Source of the DNA: a virus
Taxonomy: Duplodnaviria; Caudoviricetes
Length of the DNA: 64,000 bases
IMG/VR virus record: IMGVR_UViG_3300010401_000038
Coordinates: 489 to 64,488 of that record
Strand: one strand, 5' to 3'
Below the pieces are notes generated by a model. That model made no database searches, was not told where the DNA came from, and saw only the letters and a list, made by a program, of their open reading frames with translations. Below, piece by piece: positions 46,801 through 56,010 of this stretch. Each line of letters begins with the position of its first letter. The stretch's first letter is position 1. Both the position numbers and the translations under genes were made by a program.

Positions 46801-49800
46801 ACCTACGTCGAGGCCCTCTCGAGCGCCGTCGGCCAGGTTGGGAAGATGATCATCACGGAGACCGGCCCGATCCGGATCGACCGGCAGGTCGACATCAAGA
46901 AGCGCGGCCAGCGGGATTCGACGACGAGCGACCTCCACCCCGACACGATCAAGGTCCTCAACGACACCGGCCTCGGGATGCTCAAGGGCCTCCTGGTCAA
47001 CAGCGACGGCACGCCGATCGACGAGGCGGCGCAGTACATGTTCGACCGCGGTACGGGGCACTCGGTCGTCGACGCGCGTCGGATGATCCTCGACGAGCTG
47101 ATGAAGATCGCGAAGGACGCGAGCGCCGGGAAGTTCCTGCGCCTATCCGAGCAGCTCCAGTGGGGCAAGCCGATCGACGGTTCCGAGGGCGCGATCGTCA
47201 CGGTGACCGCCGGGACCCTCGTGAAGGGCGACGAGTTCCAGTCCCAGGATGGCGAAGGCTGGACGGTCACGAGCATCAAGCCCGGTATCATCACGATCGA
47301 AAACACCGTCTCACAGAAGATCCGGCGGGTCGACGAGTTCGACATCATCCCGACGCTCGGCGGCGTCTCGAAGGCCGGCGACATGAAGGGGTGGCCGGGA
47401 ACGAGCGAGCCGTACCACGCCTACCGCGCCGGCGGTCGGACGAGCTTCTTCCGCGAGCGGTCGATGCTGGTGCGCGAGGCGCCGGCTGACTGGAAGGCTG
47501 TCCCGAACGACGTCAAGGCGGCGGTGATCCGGACGGGCGCCTGGCACATGCGCCGCGGCGCGCGCGACGTCGAGAAGTTGACCGCGGCGATGGTGGGCGA
47601 CTTCGGCGACCGGGTGCGCCCTTTCGTCCAGAATGTCTTTGCGCTACTCTCAAGGACGCCGGAGTTCGCGTCTCCGGCAGCGCAACCGGCGGGCGCCGCG
47701 GGTCCGACACCAACCACTCCGGTCCCTGTTGGGTCGCCGGGCGTCGCGCCACCGAAGGCACCGGAGGCCCCGGTCGCAAAGCCGGCAACTCCGGCGCCCG
47801 CCGGCGGGGCAGGAGGAGCCAATGTCAGGCCCGAACCTCGACGAACTCAGCCAGCCCTCGGACAGCCCGTTGGAGCAGGAGGAGGGGCGCGTCTACCCGC
47901 CGCCCAGCCCGGAGGACGAGCGCGGCCTGTCCCTGGCGTTGAAGCAGGTCCGGCAGCGCCTCCTCCTGAAAAAGCGGCAAAGGCACCCAAGCCCGAGAAA
48001 GTCGAGCCGACCAGGACCCTCCGACCCGGCGGCATAGCGACCATCAGTCAGGAGCTCCTGCCGCCCCTCGAGCCGGAGTGGAAGTCCATCCTCGATCGCC
48101 TGACCCAGCCCGCCGGACTCGACAAGCTCGGGTCGATGTTCGGGACGCGCCCGCTCGAGCACCAGGTCGAGAACATGGTGCGCATCCTGCGCGCGTTCAA
48201 GCTCGGGCGCGCGCCGGTCCTAGCGGATGGCGGCGGGACCGGCAAGACGCTGTCGGCGATCATGGTGATCAACGAGCACCTGCTCAACAACCCGAACAGC
48301 CGCACCCTCGTCGTCCTGCCGAACCAGGAGATCAAGAAGCAGTGGGAGCGCACGCTCAAGCGCGCCGGCATCGCCGCGCACTACGTCGAGGGCGCGCTGT
48401 CGCCCAAGCCGATGACGGTCAACTTTATGACCTACAAGCGGCTGGAAATCTGGGGGCGCGAGAAGAACCTCGGCCTGATCGAGGGGTTCGCCCCGGACCT
48501 GCTCATCTTCGACGAGAGCCACCGGCTGCGCAATTTCTACACGGGGGACACCGAGACGGCGAAGCTCGGCGTCGCGATCACCGGGAAGACGGATTCCGGC
48601 GAGAACGTCGCGAAGAACGTCCTGTTCATGTCGGGGACGCCGTTCGAGTCGTTCCTGCACACCGCCTACCTCGGCCGTACGGGCCTGTGGGAGCCGAAGA
48701 AGAAGTGGGAGGACTGGATCTTCGACCTGACCGGCATCTACAAGGACCGGGACGGTGGGTGGGTCGGCGCGAGCCCGAAGACGCTGCGCAAGGTGCACGA
48801 GGCGATGTACCGCGGCGGCGTGATGATGAAGCACGAGCTCGACTTCAACGGCATCAAGAACTCGAAGGGCGAGAAGATCACCGTCACCGCAGAGCACCGG
48901 ATGGCGAAAGCGAGCCCGGAGCACGCCGCCGAGCAGCACCGGATGGATGGCGTCTTCGGGTCAGTCCTCGAGGAACTGCAGCAGGACGCCTTCCGCAACC
49001 GGAACCGGATCCGCCTGGTCGCTGGCGTGCAGCACCTTTTCAACCGCTCGATGGACGAGACGGAGAAGGTGCGCCAGGTGATCGAGCACGCCCGCGCGCG
49101 CGCCGCCGAAGGTAAGAGCGTGATCTTCATGCTCCTGCGGAAGAACGAGACGTCCGCGGAGCGGTGGCTGGCCGACTTCGAGGCCGGGAAGCGCGAGTAC
49201 AACCCGAAGTCGTTCATGCCTGAGCTCATCAACATCCTCAAGGACCACGGCATCAAGACGCCATCGCCGGTCGCGACTCTGCGCCGCGCGTTCCCGGACG
49301 CCGTGATGATCACGGGCGACGAGCCGAGCGGCGGCGGCAAGCGTGCCAGCGCGATCGAGCACTTCCAGGCCGGAAAGGCGAAGGTCGCGATCGTGACGAT
49401 GGCGTCTGGCGCCGAGGGGCTCGACCTGCAGGACACGACCGGCGATCACCCGCGCATCATGTACGTCGCCAGCGTCCCGTACACCGCCGGCCAGGCGTCA
49501 CAGGTGGCCTGGCGGCCGTTCCGTCTCGGGAGCGAATCGAACGCCGAGATCGTCTGGCTGTTCACCGACTCGGCCCAGGACTTCCGGCAGGCGCGCCTCG
49601 TCGCCGCGCGTGATCGTGAGATGGGCGCCCTCGTCCGCGGCGAGGTCGAGAGCCCGACGGCTGACGAGCGCGAGCGATTCAATTTCCCGGAGCTCAACAA
49701 GAAGCCGGTCGAGATGCCCGGCCTTGAGGCGTCCCTCGGCCCGGCGGGAACGACGGTGCAGCTCGAGGACTACATGTACGCCGACCTCGTCCCCGACGCC

Positions 49801-52800
49801 GACTACAACGTCAGCGAGCAGCGCCACAAGTACCGCCCGTCCGAATCGGAACAGCCGGAGCTGTTCGGGTCGGTCTCGGGCGTGCGCTACGCGAGCAACG
49901 CGAAGAAGCGTGGCGGGGCCATCCTCTCGGAGGACAGCGCCCTCTGGCACAAGCTCGAGCAGACCGGCGCTGGCGTGAACATCTACCGGGAGCGCATCGA
50001 CGGGCCGGCCGACATCGCGGCGATGTTCGGGTTCCTCAAGGACCGCGCGCGCGAGCACATGTATTTCGTTGGGATGAAGGGCGACAAGCCGCTCGGCGTC
50101 GTGCTGCACGCGATCGGTGGGGTCAACTCCGCGAGGATGGACCCGCACCGCGCCGTGCCGGAGCTCGTAGCCCTCGGAGCGGACGGTGTCTACGTCGTCC
50201 ACAACCATCCGTCCCAGAGCCCGGAGTTGAGCCACGACGACGTGATGATGGCCGCGAGCCTGCGCGACCTACTCGAGCCGCACGGCGTCGCCATGCACGG
50301 CATCCTCGCCACCGACATCGATCGCTTCGGGTTCTCCACTGGGCCGTCACACCCCGGCCCGTTCATCCAGAAGGTCGGAGCGATGGGGAGTCCGATCGGC
50401 CGGCTCAACGAGGTTGCGCTCGCCTACAAGAGGGAGCGCCCTGTCGTCGGCGACATCGCGAGCGGCCCGCTCGACGCGGCGATGGCGTATCACGCCATGA
50501 CGGTCGGCAACGATGTTCGCCAGACGATGTTCATGGCGCGCGACAACAAGGGGCGGATCACTGGCCACATCGCCGTGCCGGCAGAGCCGCGCGAGCTCGT
50601 CGAGCGTCCGGAACACGCCGAGAGCCTCGCGGCCGTGCGCCGCTTCCTGGCGCGCGCCGAACACACGGAGGTCCTCGTCGCGACCAACCGTATCGGCGGG
50701 TCGGTCATAGGGGCCGACGAGGACTGGTTCGCGAACTATCGGACGAAGATGGACTCGACGCTGGCCGTGATGAAGGCCGCCCTCGGCGATTCGGTCAAGG
50801 TCATAGACCTGATCGGCGTTCCCCCTGGCGGGTTCACCGGCGTCGCTCACACGACTTACGGCGGCCGAAGGGAATGGGACCAGGCTGGGGCGAAGAAGAA
50901 GTTCCAGGTCTCGGAGCCGAAGGTCGGCCGCGGGCTCGGTGGCCTGCCGGCGCGCAGCGAGATCATCCGGAAGGCAGAGGAAGCCGTCGGGACGGCGATC
51001 CGCGTCGGTCGCATGGGGCGCACGAGCAGGAGCGTGCTCGGCTTCTACAAGCGCCCCGGCGGCCAGATTCGCCTGCGCACGCCGAACGACATGCGCGTTG
51101 TGCTCCATGAGATCGGCCACCGGCTCGACGACCTCATCTTCAAATCGCACGCTGTCGGTCACGACCTCGGCAGCGTGCGCGCGCTAGCGCGCTTCCGGGC
51201 GGAGCTGCTCCCGCTCGCGACGATCCCGGGCCGCGGTCAGGACCCCCTCCCGGAGGGCTTCGCCGAGTTCATGTACCACTACGTCAACGACCCGGCGAAG
51301 GCGGCGCGCGTCGCTCCGACGTTCTACCCGTGGTTCGAGAGCTACATGTCGAGCGCGAAGGACCTGCGCGTGCTGCACGAGGGCTTCCTCGGCCTCCGGG
51401 ACCTGATGAAGGAGTGGAACCAGGCGGACCCGTGGGAGCGCCTCGGGAGCACCATCGTCAGCGGCGAGATGCCGTGGCACCAGTTCCGCCACGACATGAC
51501 CTGGCGCCACCTCTACTCGTACACGTTCGACCAGATGCACTTCCTCCGGTGGGCGCAGGGCAAGCTCGAGGCGATGGCCGATGGCCAGCCGCTCCGCCAG
51601 GACCAGAACCTCAAGGTCCTCGCGACGACGATCATGGGGCGCATGGGGATCCGCGACATCATGATCGAGCACGGCATGGTCCGCTTCGAGACCCCCGGCG
51701 TGCGCGTCGGGCCCGGGTTGCGCGAGATCGCCGACTCGATCGGCGGGAAGTGGCGCCGCTACGAGACCTGGGTCAAGGCTCTGCGCACGCAGTACCTCAT
51801 GGGCCGGGACCGCATGGGCGCCAAGGAGTTCATCGGAGACGCCGTCAAGGACGCCGAGATCCGCCAGATCGTCGACGACGGGAAGAAGGAGTTCCTGCAC
51901 GTCTTCTCGATGCAGCAGGGCTACTCTCAGGGCCTCCTGCGCTACCTGGTGGGCGCGGGGATGCTGAAAGAGGAGCAGTTCTACGACGTCCACTCGAAGA
52001 ACCTGATCTACTCGCCCTTCTGGCGCCTGATGGACGCGGAGCAGTTCACCCGCCCCGGTGGCCAGCCCGGAGGCGCCGCCGGCGGCCGCATGGCGAGCCT
52101 CTACAGGGGCGTCCTGTACACCCTGCGCGGCAGTTCGCGGGAGACGTTCCCGGCGCTCGAGTCGCTCCTCCGGATGACGAACGTCGTCGTCGACCGGGCG
52201 GAGCGCAACGCGGTCGTCGCGGCGCTCCTGCAGGCATCGAAGCACCTCAAGGACGCTGGCGTCCACATCGCCGAGATCGTTCCGGAGGAGCGCGTTCCAG
52301 TGGAGTTCCGCGTCGGGAGCGTGCTCGCGGCGCTCAAGAACGAGATGGGGATCAGCGCCAAGGGCGTCGACGAGGAGGACCTCGACAAGTACCTGACGGT
52401 ATTCATGCCGTCGACGAGGATGCCGAAGGCGCCGTACGTCTGGGCCTGGATCAACGGCGAGCGGAAGTACGCCTGGATTCACCCGGACGTCTACGACACG
52501 CTGATGAACCTTGAGCGCGAGCAACTCCCCTGGTTTATCTCGTGGATGCGGGCCGGCCCGACCATCGTGCGCGGGGGCGCCGTCGTTCTGAACCCCGGAT
52601 TCTGGGGCTGGAACGAAATCCGCAAGGTCGCGACGACGATTATCCAGAGTCAGGCGCCCTGGCAGAACCTCAAGTTCATGCCGCGCGCCTTCATCGACGG
52701 GCTGCTCAAGACGGACAGGTACTACAAGTACATGGCGACCGGCGCCGCCTACGCGACGTTCGTCAGGCAGAGCGAGGATGCCGTCGCCACAGCCATCCGT

Positions 52801-54054
52801 CACATGCTCGATCGGAAGGAGGGCGCTATCTCCTTCTACGCGAACCCGGTGAACGTGATGCGTGGCGTCTTCACTGTGGCGCAGCGCATCCTGTCGGCGA
52901 CGGACATGGCCCCGCGTATCGCGGAGGCACGCGCCCTCGGGCTCGATCGCGCCACGACTCGCGCGCAGCTCCTTCCGCTCGGCGCCGCGGCCTCCGACGT
53001 CACGCTCGACTACCGCCGCATCGGAACGAAGCTCAAGCTCCTGTCGGGGGTCACGGCGTTCCTGACGGCGCACATGCAGGCGATCGACCGACCCGTGAGG
53101 TTCGCCAAGGACCGTCCGGGGAAGGCGGCGGCGGTCGCCGTGACGGGTTTCCTGCTCGGCCTCATGTACTACCTGCTCAACCGAGACGACAAGCGATACC
53201 AGAACGAGGCGCAGGAGAACAAGGACACGTACTTCTACTTCTATCCGACCGACGATCCGACCGACCCCGGGATCCGGATGCCGAAGCCCTACGCCTACGG
53301 GTGGTACGTGACGGCCGGCGAGCGCACGGCCGAGATGATGGGGAAGCACGACCCGGAGATGCTCAATCAGTTCGCCTGGGACTTCGGTCGCGGGATGACG
53401 CCCAACTTCTTCCCGACCGTCCTGCAGCCGATCTTCGAGGTCGGCATGAACCGGAAGTTCAACACCTGGCGGAAGGTCGAGCCCGACTCCGGGTTGCCGC
53501 AGGAGCGGTCGTTCCCGTGGACGACGGAGACGGCCAAGGACATCGCGCGTGCCCTCTCGAGCGAGGAACGCGGCGTCAGCGGACCCGTCGTCGAGCATCT
53601 GGCCTCCGGGTTCACCGGCGGCCTGGGACTGGACCTCCTCGAGGCGTCCGACAAGTACGTACTCGGTATCCCACCGAAGCAGCGCACGAGCCTCGCGGAT
53701 GAGCCGGTCATCGGGCGGTTTTTCAGCCGGCAGCCTGAGTTCTCGACGAACGCCGTGCGCCGGTTCTACGAGCAGTGGACCCCGGCGGAGAACGCCTACC
53801 AGTCGCTCCTGCAGGCGCGCGCGACCTCGCCGATGGACGAGATGAAGTTCAGGGAGCGGTACAGCGACCTCCTGCGGCGCCGGACGGCGATGCAGGGCGC
53901 GCACACGACCATCAGTCAGGGCTGGAAGGATCTCGACCGGCTCCAGAACGTCCCGATGGACGACGCGGCACGGCAGCGCGCCGAGAACGCCATCGCGCAG
54001 CGCCTCACCTGGGCGGCGAAAATGGGGCTTGCGGCAGCGGACGCCGTAAAGTGA
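43891..54054 (+). CDS. giant polyvalent ejection protein: lytic transglycosylase, SF2 (strawberry-notch-like) helicase, JAB/RadC, HExxH zincin-like, LPD38-like C-terminus
   Basis: KESAG..GAAGAYQFMPATA..AAYNAG; LADGGGTGKT, FDESH, MSGTP, GAEGLDLQD; HNHPS...SHDD; LHEIGH...EGFAEF; RMPKPY...QPIFEVGMN. Confidence 0.9.
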   Translation: MPPRAADPFEALRGQLGLTGDSTSAPPDAAPSGDDLERNFGLPPGLLDAVMAKESAGDPNAVSPKGAAGAYQFMPATARSYGLRVDLGKDERLDPVKSRAAAARYLGDLHRKYGRTDLAVAAYNAGEPAVDSARGIPDYPETQQYVQRVMGQLGAPGAPAPAQTASDAATRLRSQLGLDAPQEQPGTDWWTQVAAAQPQAARPETAAAPAPPVPGPATPDTGGYQPPRITPGPGGDLAMQLPDHPPQGEVNVPPKSATDYEQKRRELAQWWESGGKALPPDQIRRLGPEYAKYADYITGKGGPTIGPPPAEYDMTGGQLARATGEQAAAGALDVVAPFAPNAPDFVKWYRQAGPTGPIGVGAGLAGTLAGYMTPAPLPLASQKVGRAAADLMIGSGAIKAANQGGKALFEDSLDALLKGSDGQEVLAAADRARKAAQAAGLSADEAESAASVAATDHIRTVVSPKAAKFSDSMSAELLKKMSGPARVWAARNLVEPSTAGLTAASIESAVGVARGEMKPDEVPEHLVGTSLGFLVAHLGWQGITAALREAGAVPRDFVGRARRGQDLTDDEKAMLERLMQRIREGRQEPASYDVPPQMVAGTPPQAPTGPVAPGEALERTGQAQALDAVLRPVREAKAREDLRQKLLAERASDKAAREASVAAAAPEDVSAAMGPLQERAKFYVERGLLSDGEVQAADSPDAIGKLLETAQARRAEEESRKLATMAQDARLAGQGIETPLPTAPEAPPPTPAPTGPVPQPPPVEEMYMPSQRERFWISSIVARAKTADEAVQMANERLTAKPGLEKYVRGRFALGASAAARAGGLKETIGKANASERARLAAGESRTKVARDIEARVAADAAHAERENLRRAAGEQPTAIGRATDLDIGRKFFGQTAGTVSAPGAPPPAETTGVAPSPPPPAVAPPAPAPPAPLSPEPAVSPSGESPAPGETPAPAAPPVKAAKRTKEQQTYVEALSSAVGQVGKMIITETGPIRIDRQVDIKKRGQRDSTTSDLHPDTIKVLNDTGLGMLKGLLVNSDGTPIDEAAQYMFDRGTGHSVVDARRMILDELMKIAKDASAGKFLRLSEQLQWGKPIDGSEGAIVTVTAGTLVKGDEFQSQDGEGWTVTSIKPGIITIENTVSQKIRRVDEFDIIPTLGGVSKAGDMKGWPGTSEPYHAYRAGGRTSFFRERSMLVREAPADWKAVPNDVKAAVIRTGAWHMRRGARDVEKLTAAMVGDFGDRVRPFVQNVFALLSRTPEFASPAAQPAGAAGPTPTTPVPVGSPGVAPPKAPEAPVAKPATPAPAGGAGGANVRPEPRRTQPALGQPVGAGGGARLPAAQPGGRARPVPGVEAGPAAPPPEKAAKAPKPEKVEPTRTLRPGGIATISQELLPPLEPEWKSILDRLTQPAGLDKLGSMFGTRPLEHQVENMVRILRAFKLGRAPVLADGGGTGKTLSAIMVINEHLLNNPNSRTLVVLPNQEIKKQWERTLKRAGIAAHYVEGALSPKPMTVNFMTYKRLEIWGREKNLGLIEGFAPDLLIFDESHRLRNFYTGDTETAKLGVAITGKTDSGENVAKNVLFMSGTPFESFLHTAYLGRTGLWEPKKKWEDWIFDLTGIYKDRDGGWVGASPKTLRKVHEAMYRGGVMMKHELDFNGIKNSKGEKITVTAEHRMAKASPEHAAEQHRMDGVFGSVLEELQQDAFRNRNRIRLVAGVQHLFNRSMDETEKVRQVIEHARARAAEGKSVIFMLLRKNETSAERWLADFEAGKREYNPKSFMPELINILKDHGIKTPSPVATLRRAFPDAVMITGDEPSGGGKRASAIEHFQAGKAKVAIVTMASGAEGLDLQDTTGDHPRIMYVASVPYTAGQASQVAWRPFRLGSESNAEIVWLFTDSAQDFRQARLVAARDREMGALVRGEVESPTADERERFNFPELNKKPVEMPGLEASLGPAGTTVQLEDYMYADLVPDADYNVSEQRHKYRPSESEQPELFGSVSGVRYASNAKKRGGAILSEDSALWHKLEQTGAGVNIYRERIDGPADIAAMFGFLKDRAREHMYFVGMKGDKPLGVVLHAIGGVNSARMDPHRAVPELVALGADGVYVVHNHPSQSPELSHDDVMMAASLRDLLEPHGVAMHGILATDIDRFGFSTGPSHPGPFIQKVGAMGSPIGRLNEVALAYKRERPVVGDIASGPLDAAMAYHAMTVGNDVRQTMFMARDNKGRITGHIAVPAEPRELVERPEHAESLAAVRRFLARAEHTEVLVATNRIGGSVIGADEDWFANYRTKMDSTLAVMKAALGDSVKVIDLIGVPPGGFTGVAHTTYGGRREWDQAGAKKKFQVSEPKVGRGLGGLPARSEIIRKAEEAVGTAIRVGRMGRTSRSVLGFYKRPGGQIRLRTPNDMRVVLHEIGHRLDDLIFKSHAVGHDLGSVRALARFRAELLPLATIPGRGQDPLPEGFAEFMYHYVNDPAKAARVAPTFYPWFESYMSSAKDLRVLHEGFLGLRDLMKEWNQADPWERLGSTIVSGEMPWHQFRHDMTWRHLYSYTFDQMHFLRWAQGKLEAMADGQPLRQDQNLKVLATTIMGRMGIRDIMIEHGMVRFETPGVRVGPGLREIADSIGGKWRRYETWVKALRTQYLMGRDRMGAKEFIGDAVKDAEIRQIVDDGKKEFLHVFSMQQGYSQGLLRYLVGAGMLKEEQFYDVHSKNLIYSPFWRLMDAEQFTRPGGQPGGAAGGRMASLYRGVLYTLRGSSRETFPALESLLRMTNVVVDRAERNAVVAALLQASKHLKDAGVHIAEIVPEERVPVEFRVGSVLAALKNEMGISAKGVDEEDLDKYLTVFMPSTRMPKAPYVWAWINGERKYAWIHPDVYDTLMNLEREQLPWFISWMRAGPTIVRGGAVVLNPGFWGWNEIRKVATTIIQSQAPWQNLKFMPRAFIDGLLKTDRYYKYMATGAAYATFVRQSEDAVATAIRHMLDRKEGAISFYANPVNVMRGVFTVAQRILSATDMAPRIAEARALGLDRATTRAQLLPLGAAASDVTLDYRRIGTKLKLLSGVTAFLTAHMQAIDRPVRFAKDRPGKAAAVAVTGFLLGLMYYLLNRDDKRYQNEAQENKDTYFYFYPTDDPTDPGIRMPKPYAYGWYVTAGERTAEMMGKHDPEMLNQFAWDFGRGMTPNFFPTVLQPIFEVGMNRKFNTWRKVEPDSGLPQERSFPWTTETAKDIARALSSEERGVSGPVVEHLASGFTGGLGLDLLEASDKYVLGIPPKQRTSLADEPVIGRFFSRQPEFSTNAVRRFYEQWTPAENAYQSLLQARATSPMDEMKFRERYSDLLRRRTAMQGAHTTISQGWKDLDRLQNVPMDDAARQRAENAIAQRLTWAAKMGLAAADAVK
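47822..48037 (+). CDS. overprinted 71-aa ORF nested in the +1 frame of the giant gene
   Basis: AGGAGGAG RBS at 47811-47818; GC3 bias switches to this frame. Confidence 0.6.
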   Translation: MSGPNLDELSQPSDSPLEQEEGRVYPPPSPEDERGLSLALKQVRQRLLLKKRQRHPSPRKSSRPGPSDPAA

Positions 54055-54083
54055 TACTGCGGGTGTGACGGGGGGACCAGACC

Positions 54084-54590
54084 ATGCCGACGGAAGACCT
54101 GGCCGGGAATCTCACCGCAGCGATCGCGCGGTACGCTCCGGACCTGCACGTTCCGGAGGGCATCAACGCGATCGCCCTCCTGCGCGCGCTCGCATCCCAG
54201 GAGACGAGCGACCCGTCACGCACGAGGTCCTCGAAGCACGAGAATAGCTACTGCTACGGCGGCCGCTACCACACCTCGGCCCTGCGGCAGGTGGAGTGGA
54301 AGTACGGCTGCGCGGTACACTCAAGCTGGTCACCCTGGCAGATCATGTACGCCACCGCCGCGCTGCGCGGATTCGAGGGTGATCCGGTTGAGCTGCGCGA
54401 TCCGATGGTCGCCGGCCAATACGTCGTGGCCGAGCTCAACGAGCGCGTCTTCGATCTTCTGCAGGACGTGAAGCTCCAGGACATCTTCGACGAGTGGAAC
54501 AGCGGCACGGCACGCGACAACCTCATGCCGGCGAAATACATCTCCGAGGCGACGGACCTGTACAACCACTTCGCGGGGCTCACGACATGA
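54084..54590 (+). CDS. endolysin, lysozyme-like/transglycosylase fold
   Basis: ASQETS, KHE, SSWSPWQIMYATA..RGF, WNSG; first gene after structural module. Confidence 0.75.
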   Translation: MPTEDLAGNLTAAIARYAPDLHVPEGINAIALLRALASQETSDPSRTRSSKHENSYCYGGRYHTSALRQVEWKYGCAVHSSWSPWQIMYATAALRGFEGDPVELRDPMVAGQYVVAELNERVFDLLQDVKLQDIFDEWNSGTARDNLMPAKYISEATDLYNHFAGLTT

Positions 54591-54988
54591 GACGCGAGGT
54601 GGCCCTGACCCTGTCCGTGCAGACGCTCGTCCAGGTCCTCGTGGCGCTCGGCGCCTTGGGTGGCTGGTGGATGCTCCGGGAGCGGGACGCGCAGCACGAC
54701 CACGATCGAATCGGCGTCCTCGAGATTCACGACAAGGACATCGACAAGCGGAGCGTGGCCTACGACGTACGCATGGACAACGCCGAGAAGATCGATAGCC
54801 ACCTGCTCATCGTGGCGAACCAAATCGCCCGCAAGGTCGGGATCCGGGACGCTGATCTTCCGCCGATGCCGACCTTGGAGCAGGTGCCGCGGGTCAGCCC
54901 GTCCGGACTCCAGGACTCGCCGCCCTGGAACCTGGCGATCGACACTGCGATCTCCAGAGCGAACCTGCCGTATTCGGCTGTCCCATAG
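54587..54988 (+). CDS. single-TM protein with coiled coil (lysis region)
   Basis: N-terminal TM LVQVLVALGALGGWW. Confidence 0.6.
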   Translation: MRREVALTLSVQTLVQVLVALGALGGWWMLRERDAQHDHDRIGVLEIHDKDIDKRSVAYDVRMDNAEKIDSHLLIVANQIARKVGIRDADLPPMPTLEQVPRVSPSGLQDSPPWNLAIDTAISRANLPYSAVP

Positions 54989-54998
54989 GAGGGATTCC

Positions 54999-55208
54999 AT
55001 GTTCATCGCCGTGATGTGGTGGCTCGCGCAGGTCGTCGGCATGGGGCTGATCGCCTACCTCATCCTCTGGGCGATCGATTTCAGCGGCCTGCCGGCTCCC
55101 TTCCGCGCCGTTGCGAGAGTGGGTGTCGGCCTCGTCGCCGTCATCTTCCTGATCTGCATGGTCCTGCGGTTGTTCGTCATCCTCGGGCACCCGCTCGTCG
55201 GCCCATGA
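54999..55208 (+). CDS. two-TM membrane protein, holin candidate
   Basis: GGAGGG RBS; two long hydrophobic helices around LPAPF. Confidence 0.65.
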   Translation: MFIAVMWWLAQVVGMGLIAYLILWAIDFSGLPAPFRAVARVGVGLVAVIFLICMVLRLFVILGHPLVGP

Positions 55209-55423
55209 AGCGCCGCCACAAGCAGGTTGCCGGCGGCGCCGCCATCTTGGTCACGGCCCTCGCGGGCTTCCTGGCCACGGTCGACAAGTTCATCACCCAC
55301 CGCCACGAGGACGCGACCATCCTGAGCCGGGCAAACAGCCGCATCCAGGAACTTGAGCGCGAGGTATGCGCCCTCCGCGGTGGCCGCTGGTACAGGGGCG
55401 ATTGCCTCGAGAACCTTCCCTGA
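55205..55423 (+). CDS. single-TM protein with coiled coil and Cys pair (lysis region)
   Basis: Basic N-terminus, TM, heptads. Confidence 0.6.
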   Translation: MKRRHKQVAGGAAILVTALAGFLATVDKFITHRHEDATILSRANSRIQELEREVCALRGGRWYRGDCLENLP

Positions 55424-55506
55424 CGTATAAGACCCCCGTGAGATTCTTCGCACGCATCCGGACACTGCTCGGAATCGCCGAGCTCACCCTCTTGGAGGTC
55501 AGGCGC

Positions 55507-55704
55507 ATGTCACAGAAACTCGACGAGCTCAAGCTGCAGGTGGACCGCGTGGACAGCGGCGTGGACCTGCTCATCAGCAAGACGCAGCCGGCGACAGGCG
55601 TCACGACCGACGAGGAGATGCAGCCCGTCATCGACCGCGTGAAGGGGATCGCCGACAAGATCGACGCGGCCAACCAGCCGCCGGCGCCTCCGCCCGCTCA
55701 GTAA
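55507..55704 (+). CDS. small coiled-coil protein (alternative GTG 55438)
   Basis: GGAGGT RBS. Confidence 0.6.
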   Translation: MSQKLDELKLQVDRVDSGVDLLISKTQPATGVTTDEEMQPVIDRVKGIADKIDAANQPPAPPPAQ

Positions 55705-55760
55705 AGGTGAATCTGCGCGAGCTTTTTTTCCTTCGGCGTCTCGAACGAAAGGAGCTTCCC

Positions 55761-55976
55761 ATGTTGAAAACGCTGTTCGCCGGCGGTCAGTGGTTGAACG
55801 CCATCGTCCTGGGGATGAACATCCTCAACCAGGCAACGGACGCTTTCCCCGCCCTCAAGGCGAATCCGTGGGTGCTCGCGCTCCAGGCTGCCGTCGGCAT
55901 CCTGCTCCCGAGCCTCGGAGGGTTCGCCCACAAGGCCGCCTTCGGAGAGGCCCAGAACCCGGACGCGCGCAAGTAG
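55761..55976 (+). CDS. small membrane protein, holin candidate (alternative GTG 55707)
   Basis: AAGGAG RBS; two hydrophobic segments. Confidence 0.55.
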   Translation: MLKTLFAGGQWLNAIVLGMNILNQATDAFPALKANPWVLALQAAVGILLPSLGGFAHKAAFGEAQNPDARK

Positions 55977-56010
55977 TTCTCGTAGTCCACTTCACTCGAA
56001 AGGGGGACCG

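Noticed and set aside
47633-47821. Longer version of the nested ORF starting at ATG 47633
   Set aside because: Arg-rich off-frame pattern with no RBS; codon bias switches only from about 47822
51184-53904. 906-aa antisense ORF and similar long reverse or off-frame ORFs (e.g. 20439-22055, 41942-43984, 44410-46479)
   Set aside because: Expected shadows of high-GC3 coding strands; no RBS or motifs
54029-54058. Possible lysis promoter TTGCGG-N18-GATACT
   Set aside because: Non-consensus at both boxes and 18-nt spacer; too weak to call
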